A DNA stretch of 48,430 nt from Cyanobacteria bacterium J06626_4. GTDB lineage: Bacteria > Cyanobacteriota > Cyanobacteriia > Phormidesmidales > Phormidesmidaceae. A program made the translations under genes and the position numbers. The notes under the pieces were generated by a model. It had not been told where the DNA came from. It did no database searches and saw nothing but the letters and a program-made list of their open reading frames with translations. Numbering within the stretch: the stretch's first letter is position 1; every line of letters starts with the position of its first letter. This document shows positions 30,159 through 39,911 of this stretch, piece after piece. The DNA is taken from positions 1 through 48,430 of the forward strand of contig JBCBJQ010000040.1 of the NCBI GenBank assembly GCA_038523235.1, given 5' to 3'.

Positions 30159-31098
30159 CTTTTCTCTTCCCTGCGGCTCCCGTTTTCTGAGGGTAGTCAC
30201 CCGAAGCCAGAAAATCCAGAAAGAGCTGCACTTTTTGTGACAGATGCCGACGCTGCTTGTACAGTGCAAACGCTTGACGCACCGGTGATTCAAGGTCTCG
30301 CAAGAGAGGTTGCAGGCGTCCAGCTTGTATATCTGCCCGTACAACAAACTCGATAATCAGGGTGATGCCCAGCCCCTCTAAAGTCAGAACTCGGGCGGTA
30401 TCGGCCCCCGTCACCATTGATGAGCCCTGCACATTGGCTTCTGAAAAGTCTTTGTCTGTGCGATAAAGCCACTTCATGGGTTGACCCGTTCGGGCCGAGA
30501 GGAGCTGAATGCAGTTGTGCGCTTGTAGATCGGCCATGGTTTGGGGGGTGCCCCGCTGCTGAAGATATTGAGGTGAGGCAACCGTTACGAGGCGATAGGT
30601 TTGGAGTGGCTGTACCCTCAGATTAGAATCTGGCAAGTCACCAAAACGAATCGCCACGTCAATGTTTTCTTCAACTAGATCGACAAAGCGCTCGCTCACC
30701 AACAGCTCAACTTGAATGTCAGGGTACTGTGCCAAAAAATCAGGCAGACGCGGTGCCAGGACATGCACACTGTAGGCTCCTGGCAGTGACACCCGCAGCC
30801 GTCCTTGAGGATGGCGAGCCCCTCGCATGATCAAAGCTTCAGCTTCACTGATGTCGCCCAGCGCCTGATGGCAGCGCTCAAAATAAAGACTGCCTTCCTC
30901 AGTCAGGCGCAGACTCCGAGTGGTGCGATGAAACAGCTTGACCGCTAGTCGCTGCTCCAAGCGCGACACCGCTTTACTCACCGCAGAAGGATTGAGACCC
31001 AACACCTCTGCCGTTCGAGCAAAGCTGCCGAGTTCTGCTGCTTTGCAGAAAATTTCAATCGTGCTGAGTCGCTGGGTTGAAAGATTAGCCATAACCAT
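30154..31098 (-). CDS. LysR-family transcriptional regulator (CrgA/DmlR type)
   Basis: GSFARTAEVLG..PSAVSKAVSRLEQRL..KLFHRTTR and VDLVEENIDVAIR. Confidence 0.95.
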   Translation of the reverse strand: MVMANLSTQRLSTIEIFCKAAELGSFARTAEVLGLNPSAVSKAVSRLEQRLAVKLFHRTTRSLRLTEEGSLYFERCHQALGDISEAEALIMRGARHPQGRLRVSLPGAYSVHVLAPRLPDFLAQYPDIQVELLVSERFVDLVEENIDVAIRFGDLPDSNLRVQPLQTYRLVTVASPQYLQQRGTPQTMADLQAHNCIQLLSARTGQPMKWLYRTDKDFSEANVQGSSMVTGADTARVLTLEGLGITLIIEFVVRADIQAGRLQPLLRDLESPVRQAFALYKQRRHLSQKVQLFLDFLASGDYPQKTGAAGKRKG

Positions 31099-31125
31099 CA
31101 GGTTGCAGTGATGTCATCATGGCTT

Positions 31126-31148
31126 ATTAATGCCGTCATGTCATGAAT
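31126..31148. promoter_or_regulatory. Putative LysR recognition site
   Basis: attaatg-N9-catgaat imperfect inverted repeat in the AT-rich divergent spacer. Confidence 0.4.
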
Positions 31149-31239
31149 ATAGTGAAATCCAGTTAGTTTATCTATTCTTATGGAGTTAATACGATAAGAC
31201 TGTTCACTTGAGATAACACTCACGACAAACAGCAAAACC

Positions 31240-32022
31240 ATGATTGACTTCACCAACAAGACCACTGTTATCACTGGCGGCAGCAGCGGTATGGGGCTGG
31301 AAACCGCCCGTCGCATCTTGCAAGCTGGCGGCAATGTGGTCATTACGGGGCGGACGCTTGCAACGTTAGAAGAGGCCCGCTCTAGTCTCATCCAAACTGA
31401 TGCAGATGCTGCGAATCGACTGATGATTGCTGAGGGTGACACCAGCGACTTGGATTCCGTTGTCAACACACTGGAAGCGACTCAAGCCCAGTTTGGGAGA
31501 TTGGACAATTTGTTTGCAAATGCCGGTATTGGAATTTTCAAACCCTTGTCAGATTTGACGGTTGAAGACTTCGACAAGCTCATCAATATCAACCTGAAGG
31601 GATTATTTTTCACGATTCAAAAGGCAGCGCCCATGATGAACGACGGTGGGGCAATTCTGATGACATCGTCGTGGACCGCGCACCGTGGGGTTGCCGGAGC
31701 ACATCTCTACAGTGCAACCAAAGCCGCTTTACTCAGCCTGGCACGCACGCTGGCTCTTGAATTCGCACCACGTCGTATCCGCATCAACTCCATCAGCCCC
31801 GGCTATATCAGTACACCCATTGTGCAAAAAATTGAGATGAGCCCAGAGGCGTTCAATATAGCAGCGGCTCAGGTGCCGTTTGAGCGCTGGGGCGACTCTG
31901 ATGAGGTAGCCACTACCGCTGCCTTTCTGCTATCCGAGGCGGCTAGCTATATCAGTGGTCAAGATCTGATTGTGGACGGTGGCTTGGTGGGCGCTCACAA
32001 CTTTAAAGGTGGCGAAGTCTGA
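31240..32022 (+). CDS. Short-chain dehydrogenase/reductase
   Basis: TGGSSGMG, NAG, YSATK, SPGYISTP and DGG motifs. Confidence 0.95.
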   Translation: MIDFTNKTTVITGGSSGMGLETARRILQAGGNVVITGRTLATLEEARSSLIQTDADAANRLMIAEGDTSDLDSVVNTLEATQAQFGRLDNLFANAGIGIFKPLSDLTVEDFDKLININLKGLFFTIQKAAPMMNDGGAILMTSSWTAHRGVAGAHLYSATKAALLSLARTLALEFAPRRIRINSISPGYISTPIVQKIEMSPEAFNIAAAQVPFERWGDSDEVATTAAFLLSEAASYISGQDLIVDGGLVGAHNFKGGEV

Positions 32023-32042
32023 TGCCAACGCCCATCAGGTCG

Positions 32043-32080
32043 TTGGTAATGCACTAGATCTTTGGTAATGTGCTAGATCT
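32043..32080. repeat. 19-bp tandem duplication
   Basis: ttggtaatgcactagatct followed by ttggtaatgtgctagatct. Confidence 0.8.
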
Positions 32081-32152
32081 ATGGATGCTTCTTCGACAGC
32101 CAGCGCCTTCAAAGTAAGCTGGCAACCTTAACCACAGACCTAGAACATCACC
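32078..32152. repeat. 75-bp imperfect direct repeat, copy 2 (partner 30084-30158)
   Basis: 58/75 identity to copy 1 in an ungapped manual alignment. Confidence 0.85.
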
Positions 32153-32203
32153 AAAGACCCATGTTTGGTTGAAGGACTGTCTCAATCGGAGATGCGAGCC
32201 TAC

Positions 32204-32788
32204 TCATCCCCAGCGTTCGGCCGCTTCGGCAATCCGCTGACCAAAGTTGATACAGGTGAGGCGATCGCCAGCATCCAGTTGGGCATCGGCATCACCCAAA
32301 GCCATCGGACTTTGCCCCATGAGGCCCATAAAAGAGCCGAGCCGATTGACCCCATCGTCTTTGCCAAGGTATTGACTCGGCATATCTCCGACATTGAGCC
32401 ACAGCATAGAATGTTGCGCGGCATTGATGGCAAGGTAAATCAATGTGCCTTGCTTGTCGCCACTGAGCGAACTGGAATGGGTGAACCCGGCAGCAATTTT
32501 GTCTTTCCACAGTTGAGCAAACCAGGCTTCGCTAGCGGCATCGATAAACGCTTTGAACTGTCCAGCAACACCTCCCATATATGTCGGCGACCCGAAGATG
32601 ATCCCGTCCGCTGCAGTCAAAGTCGCCATCATGGCCTCATCCTGCCAGCGCCCGTCAGTGATTTGGTCACCCGTAATCCGCAGCAGCTCAGCCTTGTGTC
32701 CCGCCTGTTGCACACCGGCGGCGATCGCCTCTGCCATCAGGTGCGTATGACCACTCGCCGAAAAATACACAATCGCAATCGCTGACAT
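32204..32788 (-). CDS. WrbA-like flavodoxin-family protein (NADPH-dependent FMN reductase)
   Basis: IVYFSASGHT, GSPTYMG and WKDKIAAGFT...GDK. GGAGG RBS before ATG 32788. Confidence 0.9.
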   Translation of the reverse strand: MSAIAIVYFSASGHTHLMAEAIAAGVQQAGHKAELLRITGDQITDGRWQDEAMMATLTAADGIIFGSPTYMGGVAGQFKAFIDAASEAWFAQLWKDKIAAGFTHSSSLSGDKQGTLIYLAINAAQHSMLWLNVGDMPSQYLGKDDGVNRLGSFMGLMGQSPMALGDADAQLDAGDRLTCINFGQRIAEAAERWG

Positions 32789-32917
32789 CGTTAACCTCCA
32801 TAGATAAATGAGCAGGCACCGGCGCTTACAGCACCAAAGCATTTGTACTATAAATCATGTAGGTAAAGATTCGGTTTAGCATGGTCACACCATTGTTCAA
32901 TTCACCTTTGACCTGCC

Positions 32918-33697
32918 ATGGCGGCTCATCTGGCTCGCATTGATCTGTATCCCATCAAATCGCTGGATGGCTTGACTGTGCCAACGGCGCAGGTATTGCC
33001 CAGTGGCGCATTGCAGCACGATCGCGCCCTGGCTCTCTTCGACGCCACCGACAAGTTTATTAATGGCAAACGGGATGCCCGCATTCATCAGGTGCGATCG
33101 CGCTTTGCAGATGACCTGACTAAAGTGACCGTGTGGCAAGACGAGCCCTCACAACCCAGCATGTTTCCACTGCAGCCCCATCCAGACGGTTTAGCGCAGT
33201 GGTTGAGCGACTATTTTCAGCAGCCAGTGACGCTTCGGTACGATGGTGAAATCGGCTTCCCTGACGATACTGATTCTCCTGGCCCGACACTGATCAGCAC
33301 CGCCACGCTGCAAACTATAGCCGACTGGTATGGTCTGAGCCTGACCGAAACTCGTCGTCGTTTTCGCACCAATTTAGAAATTGCGGGTGTCTCCGCCTTT
33401 TGGGAAGATCAGCTTTTCGCTGCCTCGGGTGAGCCCGTCCCCTTTCAAATCGGGGAGGTTACGTTTTGGGGCATCAATCCCTGTCAGCGGTGCGTGGTGC
33501 TCACCCGTGATTCTCAGACCGGCAACGTGACCAAGGGATTTCAAAAGCACTTTGTCAAGCAGCGAGCGGCGACGTTACCAGAGGGGGTCGCGCGATCGCG
33601 TTTCAACCATTTTTATCGTCTGGCGGTGAATACTCGCCTGGCCCCTGACTCGGCGGTCACATCCCTCTCTGTCGGTGACGCTATCACTCGGTTGTAA
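32918..33697 (+). CDS. MOSC-domain protein
   Basis: LYPIKSLDG, HDR, GFPDD, RRFRTN and PCQRCVV. Confidence 0.9.
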   Translation: MAAHLARIDLYPIKSLDGLTVPTAQVLPSGALQHDRALALFDATDKFINGKRDARIHQVRSRFADDLTKVTVWQDEPSQPSMFPLQPHPDGLAQWLSDYFQQPVTLRYDGEIGFPDDTDSPGPTLISTATLQTIADWYGLSLTETRRRFRTNLEIAGVSAFWEDQLFAASGEPVPFQIGEVTFWGINPCQRCVVLTRDSQTGNVTKGFQKHFVKQRAATLPEGVARSRFNHFYRLAVNTRLAPDSAVTSLSVGDAITRL

Positions 33698-33729
33698 CTG
33701 CGATAGTGTTGACTCCCCCAGACCCGCCA

Positions 33730-34179
33730 ATGCTGAACGACGTTTACCACTACCTGCCCATCTCTAATCACCTCGCTACCGCTGGTCAGCCCACCGCAGA
33801 CCAGTTTGCGACTATTCGCCAAGCCGGTTTTGACATCGTGGTGAACCTAGCGCTGCCGACTTCCACCCATGCCCTGCCCGATGAGCGATCAGTGGTGGAA
33901 GCGTGCGGCATGACCTACGTTCCCATTCCAGTCATGTGGGCAGCCCCGACTGCAGAGGATTTTGAGCAATTTCAAGCGACGCTAGCCAGCCAGCCAAACC
34001 ACAAGATTTTTGTGCACTGCGCCATGAACATGCGGGTGTCAGCCTTTGTTTATCTGCATCAGAGGCTAGAGGGCATCCCGCCATCAGTCGCGGCCGCCAA
34101 CCTGGTAAAAATCTGGGCACCGAATGAAACATGGCAGCAATTTATCACTGTCACCTTAGCCAGCGCCGGTGACATCTAG
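33730..34179 (+). CDS. DUF442 / protein-tyrosine-phosphatase-fold protein
   Basis: TAGQPT, VVNLA and VHCAMNMRVS. Confidence 0.8.
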   Translation: MLNDVYHYLPISNHLATAGQPTADQFATIRQAGFDIVVNLALPTSTHALPDERSVVEACGMTYVPIPVMWAAPTAEDFEQFQATLASQPNHKIFVHCAMNMRVSAFVYLHQRLEGIPPSVAAANLVKIWAPNETWQQFITVTLASAGDI

Positions 34180-34200
34180 GACTGACATCGGCCGCGATCG

Positions 34201-34788
34201 CTACTCAGCAAACGGTTCGATCACCAGTTCAAAGCCGGGTAACACAGTCTCACCTGACAACTCAGCGGGCAAGGCAATCACTTCTTTTGCCTGCCCTAAT
34301 CGGTAAATTTCGACCTGCTGATCTTGAGGATTTATCAGCTATCCCAAGCGCATGCCACTGTCAACATATTCCTGCATTTTTGCCTGCAGAGTGGCGAGGT
34401 CATCGGTGCGCGATCGCAGTTCCAACACAAAGTCAGGGGCAATCGGCGGAAATTTTTGGCGCTGTTCTGACGTGAGGCTTTGCCAGCGAGACAACTCAAC
34501 CCAAGCGGCATCGGGCGATCGGCTACCGCCTCCCGGCAGTTTAAAGATGGTGGAGGAGCTGAAAACTTTGCCCAGTTTTGTTTGACGGTTCCAAATTGCC
34601 AGGTCTGTCCCTAGCTCCAGCTCAGCATTACCACTTTCGCCACCAACGGGAGACATGAGAATGAGCGCTCCTTTAGCGTCACGTTCGAGCACCAGGTCAG
34701 GATTATTGACACACAGCTGATAGAACTGTTCATCGGTGAGATGAACATGCTGGAGGTCGAATGTGAGGGGCAATGTCAGAGGCGTCAT
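34201..34788 (-). pseudogene. Uma2 (DUF820) endonuclease with a premature TAG
   Basis: RSPDAAWV and APDFVLELRS motifs. The frame reads GMRLG*LINPQDQQVEIYR...LSGETVLPGFELVIEPFAE*, with TAG at 34339-34341 where W is expected. Confidence 0.9.
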
Positions 34789-34953
34789 AGCTCTAATATG
34801 AAGGACGCTGGAGCGATCATCATTAGCTCAACCGATATCGATGATCCTAGGACTAAATTCAAGCAATCGCTAGCAACTCAGAGACTGAGAGAAAGCCGAC
34901 TTGTCTGTATAGCTGTGATCTATAGAACTGGCATAACCACGACAGCGAGCTAG

Positions 34954-35469
34954 ATGAAGAGTATGACAAACACGACAGACTGTCTGACCCTGCGCCGTCT
35001 CTCCATCACCGATAAACCAATGCTCTGGACAATGCTGATGCATGCCGCCCACGAATCGTCTCTGGCAGCCGTTCAGCAGCAGCCATTATTGAGGCCATAC
35101 GTTGAGGGATGGGGACGTGCCGACGACCTGGGGTGGTTAGCTCAACACCCAGCCCAGGCAGTTGGAGCCGCTTGGTGCCGCTGCTGGATAGGTTCAGACC
35201 GGGGCTATGGCTACGTTGACGGCACCATTCCAGAATTAGCGATCGCGGTGCTGCCTCAGTATTGCGGTCAAGGCATTGGCACCCGTCTCCTAGCCGCCCT
35301 GCTGGCAGATGCGAGGCACCGCTACACCGCAATTTCTCTCAGCGTTCGAGCCGACAACCCGGCCCGCCAGCTGTATACCAGATTCGGATTCGCAGCAGTC
35401 GCAGGTAGCGAGGTCCCAAACCGAGTTGGCGGGACGTCGATCACCATGCTGTGTCAACTGGCCAGCTGA
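34954..35469 (+). CDS. GNAT acetyltransferase
   Basis: GYGYVD..IPELAIAVLPQYCGQGIG and SLSVRADNPARQLY.RFGF. Confidence 0.9.
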   Translation: MKSMTNTTDCLTLRRLSITDKPMLWTMLMHAAHESSLAAVQQQPLLRPYVEGWGRADDLGWLAQHPAQAVGAAWCRCWIGSDRGYGYVDGTIPELAIAVLPQYCGQGIGTRLLAALLADARHRYTAISLSVRADNPARQLYTRFGFAAVAGSEVPNRVGGTSITMLCQLAS

Positions 35470-35514
35470 CCAACGACATCCTTTAGCGCAGCAAAGAGCA
35501 TTCAGTCCCTGCCA

Positions 35515-36519
35515 TCACGCTGATGCAGATGTAGCGTAGTAACTCTGATACCAGTCAACAAACTTTTGAATGCCGACCTCAATAGGTGTCTCTGGTTTAA
35601 AGCCCACATCACGCATCAGATCTTCGACATCGGCATAGGTGGCAATGACATCACCCGGCTGCATCGGCTTCATGATTTTCTCAACGGGCCGGCCCATCGC
35701 TTGCTCAATCACTTCAATAAAGGTCAGCAGCTCAACTGGGCTATGGTTGCCAATGTTATAGATTTTGTAGCGCGCCTTAGAATTCACGGCTTTCTCATCA
35801 GTGACAGCTTTGGGAACATGATCCAACAGGCGCACGATGCCCTCTACCACATCATCAATGTAGGTAAAGTCACGCTTCATTTTGCCGTAGTTATACACCT
35901 CAATCGGGCGACCGTGAGCGATCGCATCAACAAATTTGAAATACGCCATATCGGGTCGACCCCAAGGTCCGTAAACCGTAAAGAATCGCAGCCCCGTCAC
36001 CGGAATGTCGTAAAGATGACTGTAGGAGTGTGCCATCAGCTCGTTGGCTTTTTTCGTGACCGCATAGAGCGATACGGGATAGTCCACGTTGTCTTCAGTC
36101 GAGAAGGGCACCTTGGTGTTGGCCCCATAGACCGAACTAGATGACGCAAAAATCAGGTGCTTCGTACCGGAATGACGGCAGCCTTCCAAAATGTTCAGAA
36201 ATCCTGACAGATTGCCATCAGCATAGGCATGGGGATTTTGCAGTGAATAACGGACGCCGGCCTGAGCCGCCAGGTGAATTACGTGGGTGAAGGCATTTTG
36301 GGCAAACAGGGCTTCCATGCCGGCACGATTGTCTAAATCTAGCTGCTGAAAGATGAAATTCGATTGAGCGATGAGCTGCGCGAGGCGATCGCGCTTTAAT
36401 TGCACCGAGTAGTAGTCATTGAGATTATCAATGCCGCAGACTGTATGACCATCTTTGAGCAGTCGTTGACAGACAAAAAACCCAACAAACCCGGCAGCGC
36501 CGGTAACTAAAATCTTCAT
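35515..36519 (-). CDS. NAD-dependent epimerase (UDP-glucuronate 4-epimerase-like)
   Basis: TGAAGFVG, HLAAQAGVRYS, ASSSSVYG, YAVTKK and RFFTVYGPWGRPDMA. Confidence 0.93.
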   Translation of the reverse strand: MKILVTGAAGFVGFFVCQRLLKDGHTVCGIDNLNDYYSVQLKRDRLAQLIAQSNFIFQQLDLDNRAGMEALFAQNAFTHVIHLAAQAGVRYSLQNPHAYADGNLSGFLNILEGCRHSGTKHLIFASSSSVYGANTKVPFSTEDNVDYPVSLYAVTKKANELMAHSYSHLYDIPVTGLRFFTVYGPWGRPDMAYFKFVDAIAHGRPIEVYNYGKMKRDFTYIDDVVEGIVRLLDHVPKAVTDEKAVNSKARYKIYNIGNHSPVELLTFIEVIEQAMGRPVEKIMKPMQPGDVIATYADVEDLMRDVGFKPETPIEVGIQKFVDWYQSYYATSASA

Positions 36520-36866
36520 ACTTTACCTATGGCCTTACGCTTAGATGCCATCTGCCAAACCCAGCAGACTGACTAGACAAACCGGCAAACCGCTGTTTTG
36601 CATGCAATCATCTTGATCGATCAGGGCTCCTCTCGTCCGGCGGCAACTCGATGAAAGGCATGGGCAATCTCTTTAACATCCAATTATGATGTACCAATCT
36701 GGCGCTTTTACGAGCTATCACCACCTCCAGACCAACCACGGTAGCATCGGGTCATCAGCCGAGCCGCGATGCGGTCACAGTTCAAATACCGTCTGGCTAA
36801 AGACCGATCTGACCGATGTCGCGTTTATCAAAGACAACTTATCACTCCCCTTGACACTTCACAGGT

Positions 36867-36916
36867 CTGAGACGCTGTGTTGGCGTCAGCTCCGTGCAGC
36901 CAACACAGCGTCTCAG
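36867..36916. repeat. Perfect 18-bp inverted repeat with a 14-nt loop
   Basis: ctgagacgctgtgttggc ... gccaacacagcgtctcag. Confidence 0.85.
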
Positions 36917-37478
36917 CCGCGAGGCATTGATCAACGGCCAGCCTTACTTTGCCGCATCGGCAGTCACCTCGAATCATGCAGTGAACCATCTCCCAACGAT
37001 GTAATCCAGACGTCTGAATGGTAAAAACCAAGTTTTCTAGGTAGACAAGCATCCAGCAGATGAGCCGATTTCTAAATATTTCGCTAAACGTCCGCCTTCC
37101 CTCAAAGCAACACCCAGTCAGTATATTTGCCCCCACTCTCAGAGTTGCATTGACCACTTCATCACAGCCTGGTTAGTGTCGTCGAGTGCTGACAAAAGCC
37201 CTCATCAAACTGACAAAAAACGGATTCAACTTTTTGCGTCATAGACCTTAAAACTCATCTTTAAGAGCCCCGCAAGATATCCAAATCTCTTGTACAGAGA
37301 GGGGTTAGCCGTCTCAAAATTATTTTCAACCTTTTCCATTCAGCCAGCTTAATCTAGCTTTACAGAGTGATCATAAAAGTTGTGCTGTAACAGTCTTAGA
37401 AGAGAGAATTTGCCTGTCGGCAACAGTGCTACGATAAGTGCGACACAAAAGAGAGAACAAATAAGGATAAAGTAGTCC

Positions 37479-39644
37479 ATGCAAGAAATTGACAAGTCGA
37501 TATCCTTTGATGGACGGGATATTCGACTTAAAGTGGGATTGTTGGCTCCCCAAGCGGGCGGGTCGGTGTTAATTGAGTCCGGCGAAACTTCAGTCCTCGT
37601 GACCGCGACTCGCTCCACTGGCCGAGAAGGCATTGATTTTCTACCGTTGCTGGTTGACTATGAAGAGCGACTGTATGCTGCTGGGCGCATTCCAGGCGGT
37701 TTTTTGCGTCGTGAGGGTCGCCCCCCGGAGCGAGCCACGCTGACCAGTCGATTGATTGATCGCCCCATGCGGCCCCTCTTTCCCGGTTGGTTACGGGACG
37801 ATATTCAAATCGTTGCCAGCACGATGTCGATGGATGAACAAGTGCCGCCCGACGTGCTTGCAGCCACGGGCGCTTCAGTTGCTACCTTGATCGCCAAAAT
37901 TCCTTTCAACGGCCCAATGGCGACGGTGCGGGTGGGCTTATTGGGCGATGATTTCATCATCAACCCCACCTATGACGAAATCGAGAAGGGCGACCTTGAT
38001 TTGATTGTGGCCGGTTCTCCCGACGGCGTGATCATGGTCGAGGCGGGGGCCAATCAACTTCCTGAACAGGATGTCGTCGAGGCGATCGACTTTGGCTATG
38101 AAGTCGTGCAAGATCTGATCAAAGCGCAGAATGAGCTGATTGCTGAGCTCGGCATTGAGCGAGTCATTGCCACCAAGCCTGAGACTGACCCAACCCTAGA
38201 GCAGTTTTTAGCAGAGCGGGCCACCGAACCGGTCAAAGCCATCCTGACCGAATTTGCGCCGAAGCCAGAGCGCGACGACAAGCTCGACGCTGTCAAAGCC
38301 GAAATTTCAGCAGAAATCACTGCGAAGCCGGAAGATGACCCCGTACGTCAAGCCGTGGAGCAAAATCCTAAGGCCTTGGGCAATACCTACAAGGGCATCA
38401 CGAAGAAGCTGATGCGGAAGCAGATTGTCGAAGAAGGGGTGCGGATTGATGGCCGCAAGCTAGATGAAGTGCGCCAGCTCAGCTCGCGCGTTAATCTGTT
38501 ACCGGCACGAGTGCATGGTACGGGCCTTTTTCAACGCGGCCTGACGCAGGTGCTGTCGGTGGTCACGCTAGGCACCTCTGGCGACGCCCAAATGATGGAT
38601 GACTTGCATCCTGATGATGAGAAGCGATACCTCCATCACTACAATTTCCCTCCTTACTCAGTGGGTGAAACGCGGCCGATGCGATCGCCCGGTCGTCGCG
38701 AAGTGGGTCACGGGGCGCTAGCCGAACGGGCCTTGGTGCCAGTACTGCCTCCAAAAGAAGATTTTCCCTATGTGATTCGAGTCGTTTCAGAGGTGCTGTC
38801 CTCTGATGGTTCGACTTCCATGGGCTCAGTCTGTGGCTCGACACTGGGGCTAATGGATGCCGGAGTCCCCATTACCAAACCGGTCAGCGGCGCGGCCATG
38901 GGACTCATCAAGGAAGGCGACGAAGTGCGCATTCTCACCGACATTCAGGGCATTGAAGACTTTTTGGGCGATATGGACTTCAAGGTGGCCGGTACCGAGA
39001 CCGGGATCACAGCCCTGCAGATGGATATGAAGATCACGGGCCTTTCCGTTGAAGTCATTGCCAAGGCCATCCATCAGGCGAAGCCCGCTCGTCTGCACAT
39101 CCTTAAATCGATGATGGAGGCGATCGCGAAACCCCGCGACGTCTTGTCGCCCTTTGCCCCACGCCTGCTCACCTTTAAGATTGACCCCGACATGATTGGG
39201 ATGGTGATTGGCCCCGGCGGTAAGAAGATTAAGTCAATTACCGAGCAGACCGGTGCCAAGGTGGATATCTCTGACGACGGCACCATTACCGTGTCTTCTT
39301 TGGACGGCAAGAAGGGCGAAGCGGCTAAATCGATGATTGAGGCGATCGTCTTTAAGCCCTCTGCTGGCGATGTCTTCTTGGGCAAAGTGGTGCGGATTAT
39401 TCCCATCGGCGCTTTTGTCGAATTTCTACCGGGCCAAGATGGCATGATTCACATCTCACAGCTGGCTGACTATCGCGTCAATAAAGTTGAAGATGAAGTC
39501 TCCGTCGGCGATGAAGTCGTGGTCAAAATTCGCGAGGTCGATAATCGCGGCCGCGTCAATCTGACTCGCCTCAACATTCACCCCGATGAGGCAGCGGCCG
39601 CTCGTGGCGAAGCCCCCGCTAGCGAAGAAGCCCCGGCCAGCTAG
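37479..39644 (+). CDS. pnp: Polyribonucleotide nucleotidyltransferase (PNPase)
   Basis: [39 protein letters not shown] and GDMDFKVAG, plus KH and S1 domains. Confidence 0.98.
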   Translation: MQEIDKSISFDGRDIRLKVGLLAPQAGGSVLIESGETSVLVTATRSTGREGIDFLPLLVDYEERLYAAGRIPGGFLRREGRPPERATLTSRLIDRPMRPLFPGWLRDDIQIVASTMSMDEQVPPDVLAATGASVATLIAKIPFNGPMATVRVGLLGDDFIINPTYDEIEKGDLDLIVAGSPDGVIMVEAGANQLPEQDVVEAIDFGYEVVQDLIKAQNELIAELGIERVIATKPETDPTLEQFLAERATEPVKAILTEFAPKPERDDKLDAVKAEISAEITAKPEDDPVRQAVEQNPKALGNTYKGITKKLMRKQIVEEGVRIDGRKLDEVRQLSSRVNLLPARVHGTGLFQRGLTQVLSVVTLGTSGDAQMMDDLHPDDEKRYLHHYNFPPYSVGETRPMRSPGRREVGHGALAERALVPVLPPKEDFPYVIRVVSEVLSSDGSTSMGSVCGSTLGLMDAGVPITKPVSGAAMGLIKEGDEVRILTDIQGIEDFLGDMDFKVAGTETGITALQMDMKITGLSVEVIAKAIHQAKPARLHILKSMMEAIAKPRDVLSPFAPRLLTFKIDPDMIGMVIGPGGKKIKSITEQTGAKVDISDDGTITVSSLDGKKGEAAKSMIEAIVFKPSAGDVFLGKVVRIIPIGAFVEFLPGQDGMIHISQLADYRVNKVEDEVSVGDEVVVKIREVDNRGRVNLTRLNIHPDEAAAARGEAPASEEAPAS

Positions 39645-39666
39645 GGTGATTGAGGCACGTATCGAC

Positions 39667-39835
39667 TAATACCAGTTCTACAAGTTACAGCTACACAGAC
39701 AAGTCGGCTTTCTTCCAGTAGGAGACACTGCGTGTTGGCCTGGCCAGTTCGTAGAGCTTACGACTCCACTCAGCCAACGTTCCTTGAGCGGAGTCGTAAG
39801 GCAGAGCTGTAGTCCAGTTTCAGAGAATGGGTATA
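39667..39835 (+). repeat. Dispersed MITE-like repeat, family A, copy 2, with ~50-bp internal insertion
   Basis: Same arms and REP core as 7100-7218, plus an extra segment at about 39711-39757. Confidence 0.85.
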
Positions 39836-39840
39836 ACTTC

Positions 39841-39877
39841 AAAAGCGGGGGAGTCACTCAATGACTCCCTCGCTTTT
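39841..39877. terminator. Bidirectional intrinsic terminator between pnp and the glycosyltransferase gene
   Basis: aaaagcgggggagtca-ctcaa-tgactccctcgctttt. Confidence 0.75.
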
Positions 39878-39911
39878 GTCATGTCAGAGTGATTGGCCGT
39901 GTACGCTCGGT

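Noticed and set aside
30078..30347. 89-aa ORF overlapping the LysR 3' end and the direct repeat
   Set aside because: Alternate-frame overlap with LysR, with no recognisable protein motif in any frame of the repeat.
36686..37157. ORFs 36686-37024 (+) and 36828-37157 (-)
   Set aside because: No recognisable domains, mutually overlapping, and both cross the perfect hairpin.
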